Below the pieces are notes generated by a model. That model searched no databases. It had not been told where the DNA came from and saw nothing but the letters and a program-made list of their open reading frames with translations. A DNA stretch of 22,076 nt. Source: Archangiaceae bacterium (lineage in GTDB: Bacteria; Myxococcota; Myxococcia; Myxococcales; Myxococcaceae). Both the position numbers and the translations under genes were made by a program. Where the stretch lies: positions 1-22,076 of the forward strand of contig JAYVCD010000072.1 in NCBI GenBank assembly GCA_043750125.1, in the 5' to 3' direction. Shown here in pieces: positions 1-7,177 of the stretch (positions are counted from its first letter, which is position 1; each line of letters begins with the position of its first letter).

Positions 1-2
1 GG

Positions 3-80
3 TCACGGCGGCGCAGCAATCAACAGCCGCTTGGGACCACCCGAAGTGAGCACTTTCCGACGGTTGCGGTAGGGGGCGGC
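3..80 (-). pseudogene. Remnant 3' end (~25 codons, 1-nt frameshift) of a PafA-type alkaline phosphatase gene; diverged copy of the gene end at 2567-2634
   Basis: Minus strand reads PPPTATVG/KVLTSGGPKRLLIAAPP* (TGA at 3-5) versus PPPATVGRVLISGAPNRLSIAAPP* ending at 2569. Manual alignment of 1-67 with 2567-2634 gives 54/68 identical columns. Confidence 0.7.
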
Positions 81-222
81 TTCAGGCTCAGGTCGGGGAC
101 AAAAACCAGGGCCGACCGAATCGGCTGCACTTTGAGACTGTTTGGTGTGTCTGAAGCAACTGGACGCCTTCGATTCACGATAAACCTACACTTCACTACC
201 TCGTGCTGGAACGGGAAAAACC

Positions 223-1482
223 ATGACCGTCAAACTCGACCCCTTTATCGCTGACAAGCGCATCGTCTTTAACGAAGCGCGGAACATCGCCAAAGCGGCG
301 CACGCAGAAGCGGGCAACCCGCTGGAAGTGTCGGCCAAGACCCACGAGGTCGTGGCCAATGTGCTCGCGAACAAGGACATCTTCATCACCCCCGCCGCCC
401 GCAAGATCCTGGATCAGGTCGCGGCGGCGAAGGTCGCGGAAAAGGCAATCGACCCGACCCACAAGACCAAGCTGTTCAAGACCGACGAGCCGATGCAGCT
501 CAAGCTCACCGCGGACTTCGCCAAGCTGTTCGCCGAGAAGCAGGGCGCGGGGCACGACCCGGGCTTGTCAGGGACGCTGCAGGTCGGCGACAAGCAGATT
601 CCGGTCAACGTGCGCACGCGGGGCCAGAGCAGCCTCCAGTACCTTCCGGAGCCCAAGATCAAGCTCAAGCTCGACAAGGCGGCTCGGCAAGGCACCGACT
701 TCGAGAATGAAGGCTCGCTCGAAATCGGCGTTCAGGGCGGCAAGGGCGGCAAAGACGGCCTGGGCCGCGTGCTGATTCCTGAGGCCCCGCCCCGCGAGGC
801 TGCGACCTACGCGCTGCTGGAAGAGATGGGCTTGCCGGTGTCGCATTCGCGCCTGGCGAACTTCGACTACGTCGACGCCCAGGGCGTGACCCGCACCCAG
901 CCCGCGTTTCTGAACGAGGCCGTGGACAGCCTCGCTCAGCGCTACTACGGCGACAAAGGCGTGGCCCTCAGCGAGGGCGCCGGCGGGGTCCCCGTCGAAG
1001 TCACCCTCCAGACCAAAGACGTGCTCCGGATGAACCTGGGGCAGTTGCTAATCGGAAACCGCGACTGGTCCTTCAACGTCAATGGCGACAAGTCGAAGCC
1101 CACGGTGACGGCCAACTCCGGAATGATGCACAACTCGAAGCTGATCTACGGGCCCGACCCGATTCACCCCGAGGGCATGCCGGTCGCCGCGGACTTCGAC
1201 CTCTCGCTCTTCGTGCTCCAGAATGAGTACGGCGGCTACTGGAAGAACCACCCGGCCAGCCCGACCCAGCCGATCAACTATGCCTCCGAGCTGACGCAGA
1301 TGCGCTCGCAGTACCCCGGCCCCCAATTCGATGAAGTGCTGGGCGACGTGATCAAGCACCAGGAGACGATGCTCAAGCGGCTCGACCAGTACCGGCTGGA
1401 CGACGCGAGCAAGGCCTTCATCCGCAACCAGGTGACTGGATTCATGACGGCCGCCCAGGCCGAGCTGAAGCCGGCCGCCTGA
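223..1482 (+). CDS. CotH-family (atypical) protein kinase-like protein with N-terminal extension
   Basis: 419-aa ORF with GC3-rich codons. CotH-type motifs in order: RTRGQSS, KIKLK, REAATYALLEEMGLP, FLNEAVD, LIGNRDWS, HNSKL, PVAADFDLS. No obvious Sec signal peptide. Confidence 0.7.
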   Translation: MTVKLDPFIADKRIVFNEARNIAKAAHAEAGNPLEVSAKTHEVVANVLANKDIFITPAARKILDQVAAAKVAEKAIDPTHKTKLFKTDEPMQLKLTADFAKLFAEKQGAGHDPGLSGTLQVGDKQIPVNVRTRGQSSLQYLPEPKIKLKLDKAARQGTDFENEGSLEIGVQGGKGGKDGLGRVLIPEAPPREAATYALLEEMGLPVSHSRLANFDYVDAQGVTRTQPAFLNEAVDSLAQRYYGDKGVALSEGAGGVPVEVTLQTKDVLRMNLGQLLIGNRDWSFNVNGDKSKPTVTANSGMMHNSKLIYGPDPIHPEGMPVAADFDLSLFVLQNEYGGYWKNHPASPTQPINYASELTQMRSQYPGPQFDEVLGDVIKHQETMLKRLDQYRLDDASKAFIRNQVTGFMTAAQAELKPAA

Positions 1483-1554
1483 GCGAAGGGTGCGGTGCTG
1501 ACGCGCATCGATCTGCTCGAAAACCCACGGCTGCTTAAAGTGGCGTAGCTCCTT

Positions 1555-1582
1555 TTGCGTTGAGCGCTGGAGACGATACGTT
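1555..1582 (+). promoter_or_regulatory. Possible sigma-70-type promoter for the TA operon
   Basis: TTGCGT-N16-TACGTT ending 6 nt before the TTG at 1589, which would give a leaderless transcript. Consensus match only. Confidence 0.3.
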
Positions 1583-1588
1583 CACCCA

Positions 1589-1861
1589 TTGCTCCCCGCT
1601 CCACTGCCTCCCAAACGCGAGCGTCTGGGTGTCGTCTTTGAACTGTTCGACTTGAGTCTGGACCTCCTCTACTCGAGATTTCGGAGCGAACACCCCCGGG
1701 TCAGCTCGAGACAAATCTGGAGAATGGTCGATCAATGGCTTCTCGAAAGACCGCTGCCCCAAAGCGCCGAGCTGCAACGAATCGACTGGCCACGAGGCTG
1801 GAACGCGCGGCCCGAGCTTCGATCGAGATCCTTCGTCAGCAAGAAGCCCCGTTCGCGCTGA
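1589..1861 (+). CDS. MenA1 (Rv0078B)-like antitoxin
   Basis: ERLGVVFELFDLSLDLLYSRFRSEHPRVSSRQIWRMVDQWLLERP follows the helical pattern I recall for M. tuberculosis MenA1 (L..R.E.P......I....D.W...RP). Lies directly upstream of a MenT1-like toxin. TTG start and 3' end are uncertain. Confidence 0.7.
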   Translation: MLPAPLPPKRERLGVVFELFDLSLDLLYSRFRSEHPRVSSRQIWRMVDQWLLERPLPQSAELQRIDWPRGWNARPELRSRSFVSKKPRSR

Positions 1862-2415
1862 TTGGCGGAATCGCGCTCGCGCTCAGGGCGGCTCCGCGGG
1901 CAACGCAGGACGTCGATTTTGCCGTCGCAATCGATGACGCGGCGGCCGAGCGACTCGTCCATGCATTTCAGGATTCTGGGTTTCAGATTGATGCGGTGCT
2001 CGTCAACAAGGGCGACCGGACCCTGGCGACTGTTCGAGTGCACGACCCCAAAACCAAGGTTCTGGTCGACCTGTTGATTTCCTTTTGTGGCATTGAACAA
2101 GAGATCGTCAACGGAGCCACCCTCGAGCGTTGGCGCGACTTGATGTTGCCGGTCGTCAGTCGAGGTCATCTCATCGCGATGAAGGTCCTCGCGAATCGAA
2201 AGCAGGATCAAGCCGACCTCGAAAGTCTATTGAGAGTGTTGCGCGAGGAAGACAAGCGCCAGGCGCTCCACGCTGTGAAGCAAATCATGGCTGCTCATCG
2301 TGGGCACGGCCGCGACCTCGAAGAGGAGTTGAAGAGGCTGCTGGTCGAGGTTCGCCCTGTGCTGCCGCCCGGCTTCGAGCTCCGCGCGCAGCCTGCGAAG
2401 CGAAGGCGGCGGTAG
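1735..2415 (+). CDS. MenT1 (Rv0078A)-like nucleotidyltransferase toxin (AbiEii/DUF1814 superfamily)
   Basis: Motifs ALIGGIAL...PRATQDVDFAVA, LATVR, VDLLISFCGIEQEI, HLIAMK, QDQADL and GRDL are colinear with MenT1 as I recall it. More A/T-ending codons than neighbouring genes. Confidence 0.85.
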   Translation: MASRKTAAPKRRAATNRLATRLERAARASIEILRQQEAPFALIGGIALALRAAPRATQDVDFAVAIDDAAAERLVHAFQDSGFQIDAVLVNKGDRTLATVRVHDPKTKVLVDLLISFCGIEQEIVNGATLERWRDLMLPVVSRGHLIAMKVLANRKQDQADLESLLRVLREEDKRQALHAVKQIMAAHRGHGRDLEEELKRLLVEVRPVLPPGFELRAQPAKRRRR

Positions 2416-2568
2416 GATGCAAACCAGAACCTCTTTCGCGCAGGAGTGGCGCGACGGCATCGACGCTCAGCGCGGCACTGATCGGGTCGGCGCGCGGTCC
2501 CCTGGGTTTTGAGACTCATCCCAGCTCAACCTCGCGGTCAACTCGATCACGTTTTGATGGCGATCAGG

Positions 2569-3320
2569 TCACGGCGGCGCGGCGATCGACAGCCGATTTG
2601 GAGCGCCCGAGATGAGGACCCTGCCCACGGTTGCAGGCGGCGGCGCTCCAACCAGCGCGGCGAGCGTCGGCGCGACATCGACGGCTTCCGCGAGCTCGAT
2701 TTCGCCCTTCTTGATCCCCGCGCCGAACAGCACCAGCGGCACGGCGCGATCAAACAACCACGGGGTCCCATGCGCTGCGGCGTCGCGCGTTCCGTACATC
2801 CAATAGGGGCGGGGCACGATGATGAAGTCGGGGCTGCGGCCGGGGTAGAGCCCGCGAACCAGTCTGCAGGGCCGAGCGCAGCATCGGCTTCGGCCTCGGG
2901 GGCGGCGCGCACCGTGCCCCGTCCATCGACCCGTCCGGCATCGATGCGCCGCGCCTTCAGCGCTTCCGGGTTCTGACCCCCGCCGTGATCCGCACTGAGA
3001 GCGACGACGTATTTCCCCTTCCCCACTTCGCGATCGAGGCCGTCGAGCAGCCGACCGATCTGAATGTCCAGCCGACGAAAATCATCCTCCATCTCGGGAG
3101 CATCGGGACCCAAAAGCGTGCGACAGAAAGTCAGGCGCGTCGTCCTTTCCCAGCTGCAGCGCCTTCACTGCGGCGAGCGCGGCGTCGACCTCGGCGTGCT
3201 CCAGCAAGGGCTGCAGCTCGACCCGCTCAGCTGATCGATCACCAACAAGACTGCGAGACGGGGACGTTCAGCGGCGAAGGTGAGCGGCGAGCACAGGGCA
3301 AGCAAGAGCGGCAAGCGCAT
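2569..3320 (-). pseudogene. Alkaline phosphatase family (PafA/PhoK-type, phosphodiesterase superfamily) pseudogene
   Basis: Fragments in different frames but in the correct order: signal peptide + RPRLAVLLVIDQLS (ATG 3320); LQLGKDDAPDFL-HAF; GPDAPEMEDDFRRLD...VVALSADHG; YPGRSPD...HGTPWLFDRAVPLVLFG...DVAPTLAAL...GRVL. Only 752 bp, with frameshifts and internal deletions. Confidence 0.85.
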
Positions 3321-3334
3321 CGGCGCTACTTAAG

Positions 3335-4087
3335 TCAGAGCACCACCCGCGCCACCATGCTCTCGGAAAACCAGCTGCCGATCGCGGTGAACGCGGCCGC
3401 CGCAGGATCCGCTCGTTCGGCGAAGGCCTCACACGCCGCGCCGATCGTCCCCCCGTGCTGCAGCTCCTCGAGGGCCATCGCCTCGTCGTGCTCGACGGCG
3501 ACGTGAAACACCTCGTGCCCCTTTCGCCAGACGAGCATCGGAGTCTTCCCCAGCTCGACTTCGGGCAAGTCCTCCCCCGCTTCGATCGCGCGCCACAGCG
3601 ACCGCACGTCGTGGGTCAGCCACGCCAGCCGCAGCGCCGGAATGAATTCGAGCCTGGCTTCGGCGAACTTCTGGGGGTCCATTCCGGACAGCGCGCCAGT
3701 GGTCAGCGGCTCGCAATCGCGCGCGACGAACACCTCGCTGTGCATCCACTCGAGCTGGGCGAGATCCGCCAGACGCACCGAGCTGCTCTCGCGCAGGAAG
3801 CGGGGGAATTCCGAGCCCAGCATCGAGAGCGAGAAGTGCGTCGACGGATACCGTTCGACATACGCGCTCACGGTCGAGACGAAGGCCTCACCGAGCAGCC
3901 CGCTCACCTTCGGAAAGTCTTCTCGAATCGAGTCCTGGGTCCGCGCCACGTACATCGAGGCGTAGATGTGAACCCGCTGCTCGGCGCTCAACGTCCCTGC
4001 TTCGACCACCTGCTCGGGGGACACCGGGGTCTGACGATCGGCCGTCACCAGCGAGAACAGCGCGGACTGAATCTGGGCGAGGTTCAT
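3335..4087 (-). CDS. bufC: DUF2063-domain MNIO partner protein (BufC/HvfC type)
   Basis: Starts MNLAQIQSALF at an ATG overlapping the MNIO stop (ATGA). Motifs RVHIYASMY, FPKV..LLGEAF, YP, FPRFL, LADLAQLEW, LVWR. Directly follows a DUF692 gene. Confidence 0.8.
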   Translation of the reverse strand: MNLAQIQSALFSLVTADRQTPVSPEQVVEAGTLSAEQRVHIYASMYVARTQDSIREDFPKVSGLLGEAFVSTVSAYVERYPSTHFSLSMLGSEFPRFLRESSSVRLADLAQLEWMHSEVFVARDCEPLTTGALSGMDPQKFAEARLEFIPALRLAWLTHDVRSLWRAIEAGEDLPEVELGKTPMLVWRKGHEVFHVAVEHDEAMALEELQHGGTIGAACEAFAERADPAAAAFTAIGSWFSESMVARVVL

Positions 4088-4929
4088 GGCCGCACCTCGA
4101 CGCTCTGAAGGCGCGCGCTGCGCTCCACCTGGGCCGCCCTGGCGCTTTCGGCGAGCAGCACGTCGAGCTCGGGCACGCCTTCGTCCCATTCGATCAAGGT
4201 GGGGACTTCTCCGAAGCGGCGCACCGCCTTGCGGTACAGCTCCCAGACCGGCTCGCTGACCTGCCCTTCGTGGGTATCAATCAAGATGTCGCCGCGGTCC
4301 CAGTGGCCGGCCAGGTGGTACTGCGCGACTCGATCGACCGGAACGCCGGCCAGGTAGGCGTCGGCGGAAAACCCGTGGTTCCGCGCGCTGACGTAGATGT
4401 TGTTCACGTCGAGCAGAATGCCGCAGTCGGCGCGACGGGCGATCTGCGAGAGGAACTCCCACTCGGGCATCGTCGAGGTCGGGTAGGTCAGGTAGCTCGA
4501 GACGTTCTCGAGCAAAATCTGTCTCCCTAACAATTCCTGAACCTGCTGCACCCGTTGCACGGTGTGGACGATCGCCTCTTCGGTGAACGGCAACGGCAGC
4601 AGGTCATGGACGTAGCGACCGCCGTGCGCGCCCCAGCAGAGGTGATCGGACACCATCGCCGGCTCGATTCGGTCGACCAGCTCTTTCCATTCATCGAGAT
4701 ACTTCTGCTCGAACGGAGCCACCGCTCCAATCGACAGCCCGACCCCATGCAGCACCACCGGGCGGTCCCGCCGCACTTTCTCCAGGACCGCCAGCGGGCG
4801 GCCCCCCATTCCCATGAAATTTTCGCTGATCGCCTCGACCCACCCGATGTCCGGGCGCTCTTCGAGAAACTGCGAGTAGTGCTTGGTTCGCAGCCCGACT
4901 CCATGACCCAGCTTCACGCGCGAAAACAT
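4084..4929 (-). CDS. bufB: DUF692 multinuclear non-heme iron oxidative enzyme (MNIO), bufferin maturase type
   Basis: GVGLR.KH, EAISENFM, LHGVGLSIG, SDHLCW, DLLPLP, LLENVSSY, LLDVNNIYV, HLAGH, IDTH and LIEWD: the full DUF692 motif set. Alternative GTG start at 4944. Confidence 0.93.
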   Translation of the reverse strand: MFSRVKLGHGVGLRTKHYSQFLEERPDIGWVEAISENFMGMGGRPLAVLEKVRRDRPVVLHGVGLSIGAVAPFEQKYLDEWKELVDRIEPAMVSDHLCWGAHGGRYVHDLLPLPFTEEAIVHTVQRVQQVQELLGRQILLENVSSYLTYPTSTMPEWEFLSQIARRADCGILLDVNNIYVSARNHGFSADAYLAGVPVDRVAQYHLAGHWDRGDILIDTHEGQVSEPVWELYRKAVRRFGEVPTLIEWDEGVPELDVLLAESARAAQVERSARLQSVEVRP

Positions 4930-4946
4930 CGAAAGTGACCCCACAA

Positions 4947-4987
4947 ATAACGACGGGCTGGCGACCCGTAAAGAGCCGCCAGCCCGT
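4947..4987 (-). terminator. Strong hairpin (terminator/attenuator or RNA-stabilising stem) between precursor and MNIO genes
   Basis: Perfect 11-bp inverted repeat ACGGGCTGGCG (4953-4963) / CGCCAGCCCGT (4977-4987). Extends to 15 bp with G-U pairs on the minus-strand RNA, has a 5-nt loop, and is followed by CGUUAUUU. Confidence 0.7.
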
Positions 4988-5007
4988 AGGGAGAACAGAA
5001 CAGCGAC

Positions 5008-5301
5008 TTACTTCTTCATCGGAGCGGCTTTCGGGGCATCCGCAACCACGGTGCCCTTCTTCGCCTTGCAATCCGCTTCGGTCATCGGGGTAACGCCCTT
5101 GCCCTTGCACTCGTTCTTGCCTGCACATGCATTGCCGGCGCCGCCACAGGCGCCCTTGCCCTTGCACTCGTTGAGGCCGACACACTTGACCTTCGCGGCC
5201 TCTTTGGTGTCCTTGGCAGCAGCGGCAGGCGGGTCAGCAGCAAACGCACCCATCGCGAACATCGAAGCTACGGCACCGGCGATCAGCGTTCCCTTCTTCA
5301 T
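5008..5301 (-). CDS. bufA: Exported six-Cys RiPP precursor, bufferin family 2 (BufA2-like)
   Basis: 97 aa, AGGAG RBS upstream of ATG 5301. Sec signal MKKGTLIAGAVASMFAMGAFA, then KCVGLNECKGKGACGGAGNACAGKNECKGKG...C. Directly upstream of DUF692/DUF2063 genes. Confidence 0.85.
   Translation of the reverse strand: MKKGTLIAGAVASMFAMGAFAADPPAAAAKDTKEAAKVKCVGLNECKGKGACGGAGNACAGKNECKGKGVTPMTEADCKAKKGTVVADAPKAAPMKK
5094..5172. repeat. Exact 22-bp direct repeat within the precursor gene (NECKGKG x2)
   Basis: CGCCCTTGCCCTTGCACTCGTT at 5094-5115 and 5151-5172, 57-bp period. Confidence 0.9.
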
Positions 5302-5384
5302 CGTGTAACTCCTGAGTGATTGGCCCTGCATGGGCCCCGACTCACACCCCTGCCCCTGAGAGGCGGGGGGCGTGTGTAACGCTC

Positions 5385-5410
5385 TACGTTGCGACTCCAA
5401 GGCTGGTTTC
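5385..5410 (-). promoter_or_regulatory. Putative ECF sigma factor promoter of the RiPP operon
   Basis: Minus strand GAAACC-N16-CGTA, the typical ECF AAC/CGT architecture, ending 84 nt upstream of the precursor ATG. Confidence 0.55.
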
Positions 5411-5444
5411 TTGCGACCCAGTCCTGACGCGGGGGTTAAAACCG

Positions 5445-7091
5445 CTATTCAGCCCTGCGTCTAAGGATTTTTCGCGCGATTGCCTGTGCTTGGGGCACCC
5501 CGAACAGCGCGGTGAGCAACCCGTAAACGCCACCGAAAACGGCGATGCAGCCCGCGGCGACCAGCAGCGGGGGCAAGTTCGGGGGCGGGAAGAAGGTCCC
5601 TCCCCATTCCTGCAGGGTGAGTGGAGACGGCCCGAACTTCGCGGTGAGCGCGGTCTTGAACCCGAACGCCGCAAGCCCTGCCCCCACCGCGCAGGCCCAC
5701 AAGATGGGCAGGCGGCTTTTGGGCAGCCCCACGTCGCCGATCACCCGCGCCAGGGTGCGGCGGAGCAGGGAATATTCGAGGAAAGCGACGGTGCCGGTGC
5801 TGACGGTGAGAAACGCCGCCCCCAGCTCGGCGGGCAACCCCAGCTGGGCGGGCAGAAGGCGGGCGGCGCAGTAACCCAGCCCGGCGCTCAAGGTCACCCG
5901 CAGCGCGGCGATCTTCAGTGGGGTGCGAACGTCCTTGAGCGCCCAGAAGGCCGACGAATACAGCCGGCCCATCGTCTGGGACAGCAGCCCGACCGAGGCG
6001 GCGACCAGCAGGTACCAGACGTAGCGCGAGTCTTTGGCGGTGAAGCGGCCGCGCTCGAACAGCCCGGCGAGCTGCTCGCCGATGAAGACGAAGGCCGCGG
6101 CGCTGGGGACGACGAAGAAGGCGATGCGCTGCAGCCCGGTCGAGATTCGGGTGCGCAGGGCGGCGGCGCGCTCTTCCTGGCTGCGGGTGGCGTCGGCAGA
6201 CATCTCGGGGAGCTCGGCGGCGGACACCGCCATTCCGAACAACGAAATCGGCAACAGGCTCAAGGTCTGAGCGTTGGTCAGCGCGGCGAGGGCCCGGTCG
6301 GTAATCAGCGAGGCGTACGCGTTGTCGAGCCAGGCGCTGATCTGCACCACACCCCGCGAGAGCACCGCGGGAAGGAAATTTCGCAGCACGTCGCGCACGC
6401 CCGAAATCGCCGTCGACACTGAAGGACGAAACCGCCCGAGCAGGCGCAGCACGTTGGGCAATTGAAGGGTGAACTGCGCCAGCGCGCCCACCACCATTCC
6501 GATCGCCGCGCACTTCACCAGCGTGTCGTTGTCCACCCGTCCGCCAAACGCGAGCAGCGCGGTGATGATGCAGCCGTTCCAGACCACCGGAGCGGCGTAG
6601 GACAGGAAAAATTGCCGATGGCTGTTGAGGATTCCCAGGCACCACGCGCTCATCACCAGCAGCCCCGTTCCGGGGAAGAGGATCCGGGTAAGCGAGAGGG
6701 TCAGCGCGCGCTGCTCGGGCCCGAAGCCGGGAGCGATCACCGCGACGAAGGATCCGGTGAACAGAATTCCCAGGGTGACCACCACCGACGTGGTGAGCAG
6801 CAGCAGGCCGAAGATCGCGCCCGCCACCTGGTCTGCCTCTTCGTCCTGCTTCCGCGCCCGCAGCATCGCGTAGACGGGAATGAACGAGGCGGACAGCACG
6901 CCTTCGCCCAACAGGTTCTGCAGAAAGTTGGGGATTCGCATCGCTGCTGAGAACGCGGCGGCGGCGGACCCCAGGCCGAGGAAGTGGGCGAAGATCAGCT
7001 GTCGCACCAGCCCCATCACCCGCGAGGCGAGGATCCCGGCCGCGACGAGTGTTGCTCCTCGACCACTGCGTTGCTCAGAAGGGGCGGGCAC
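5445..7091 (-). CDS. murJ: Lipid II flippase MurJ (MviN)
   Basis: SRVMGLVR, AF.AAMRIPNFLQNLLGEGVLSASFIPVY, LLPISLFG, many TM segments. Start uncertain: GTG 7091 chosen, ORF open to 7166. Confidence 0.93.
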   Translation of the reverse strand: MPAPSEQRSGRGATLVAAGILASRVMGLVRQLIFAHFLGLGSAAAAFSAAMRIPNFLQNLLGEGVLSASFIPVYAMLRARKQDEEADQVAGAIFGLLLLTTSVVVTLGILFTGSFVAVIAPGFGPEQRALTLSLTRILFPGTGLLVMSAWCLGILNSHRQFFLSYAAPVVWNGCIITALLAFGGRVDNDTLVKCAAIGMVVGALAQFTLQLPNVLRLLGRFRPSVSTAISGVRDVLRNFLPAVLSRGVVQISAWLDNAYASLITDRALAALTNAQTLSLLPISLFGMAVSAAELPEMSADATRSQEERAAALRTRISTGLQRIAFFVVPSAAAFVFIGEQLAGLFERGRFTAKDSRYVWYLLVAASVGLLSQTMGRLYSSAFWALKDVRTPLKIAALRVTLSAGLGYCAARLLPAQLGLPAELGAAFLTVSTGTVAFLEYSLLRRTLARVIGDVGLPKSRLPILWACAVGAGLAAFGFKTALTAKFGPSPLTLQEWGGTFFPPPNLPPLLVAAGCIAVFGGVYGLLTALFGVPQAQAIARKILRRRAE

Positions 7092-7177
7092 GGGTTGGCC
7101 GGCACCATAAGGGACGATCCTCCGGTGGCAAACGTCGCGCTTGACGTGTCGTGAAGGGTGGCTCAAACAGATCGCCC

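Noticed and set aside
2370-2415. NLS-like PAKRRRR tail of the toxin
   Set aside because: Basic tails are common in GC-rich ORF ends; nothing else suggests eukaryotic targeting.
2547-3113. 188-aa and 82-aa ORFs as independent genes
   Set aside because: They are frameshifted fragments of one phosphatase pseudogene.
5302-5400. N-terminal extension of the precursor ORF to TTG 5400; similar extensions for DUF2063 (4189) and PfkB (14805)
   Set aside because: RBS, signal peptide position and stop/start overlaps support the shorter starts.
7125-7170. TGGCA as a possible sigma-54 site and TTGACG as a possible -35 in the murJ/regulator divergent region
   Set aside because: No TTGC at the required spacing from TGGC, and no convincing -10 at 16-18 nt.
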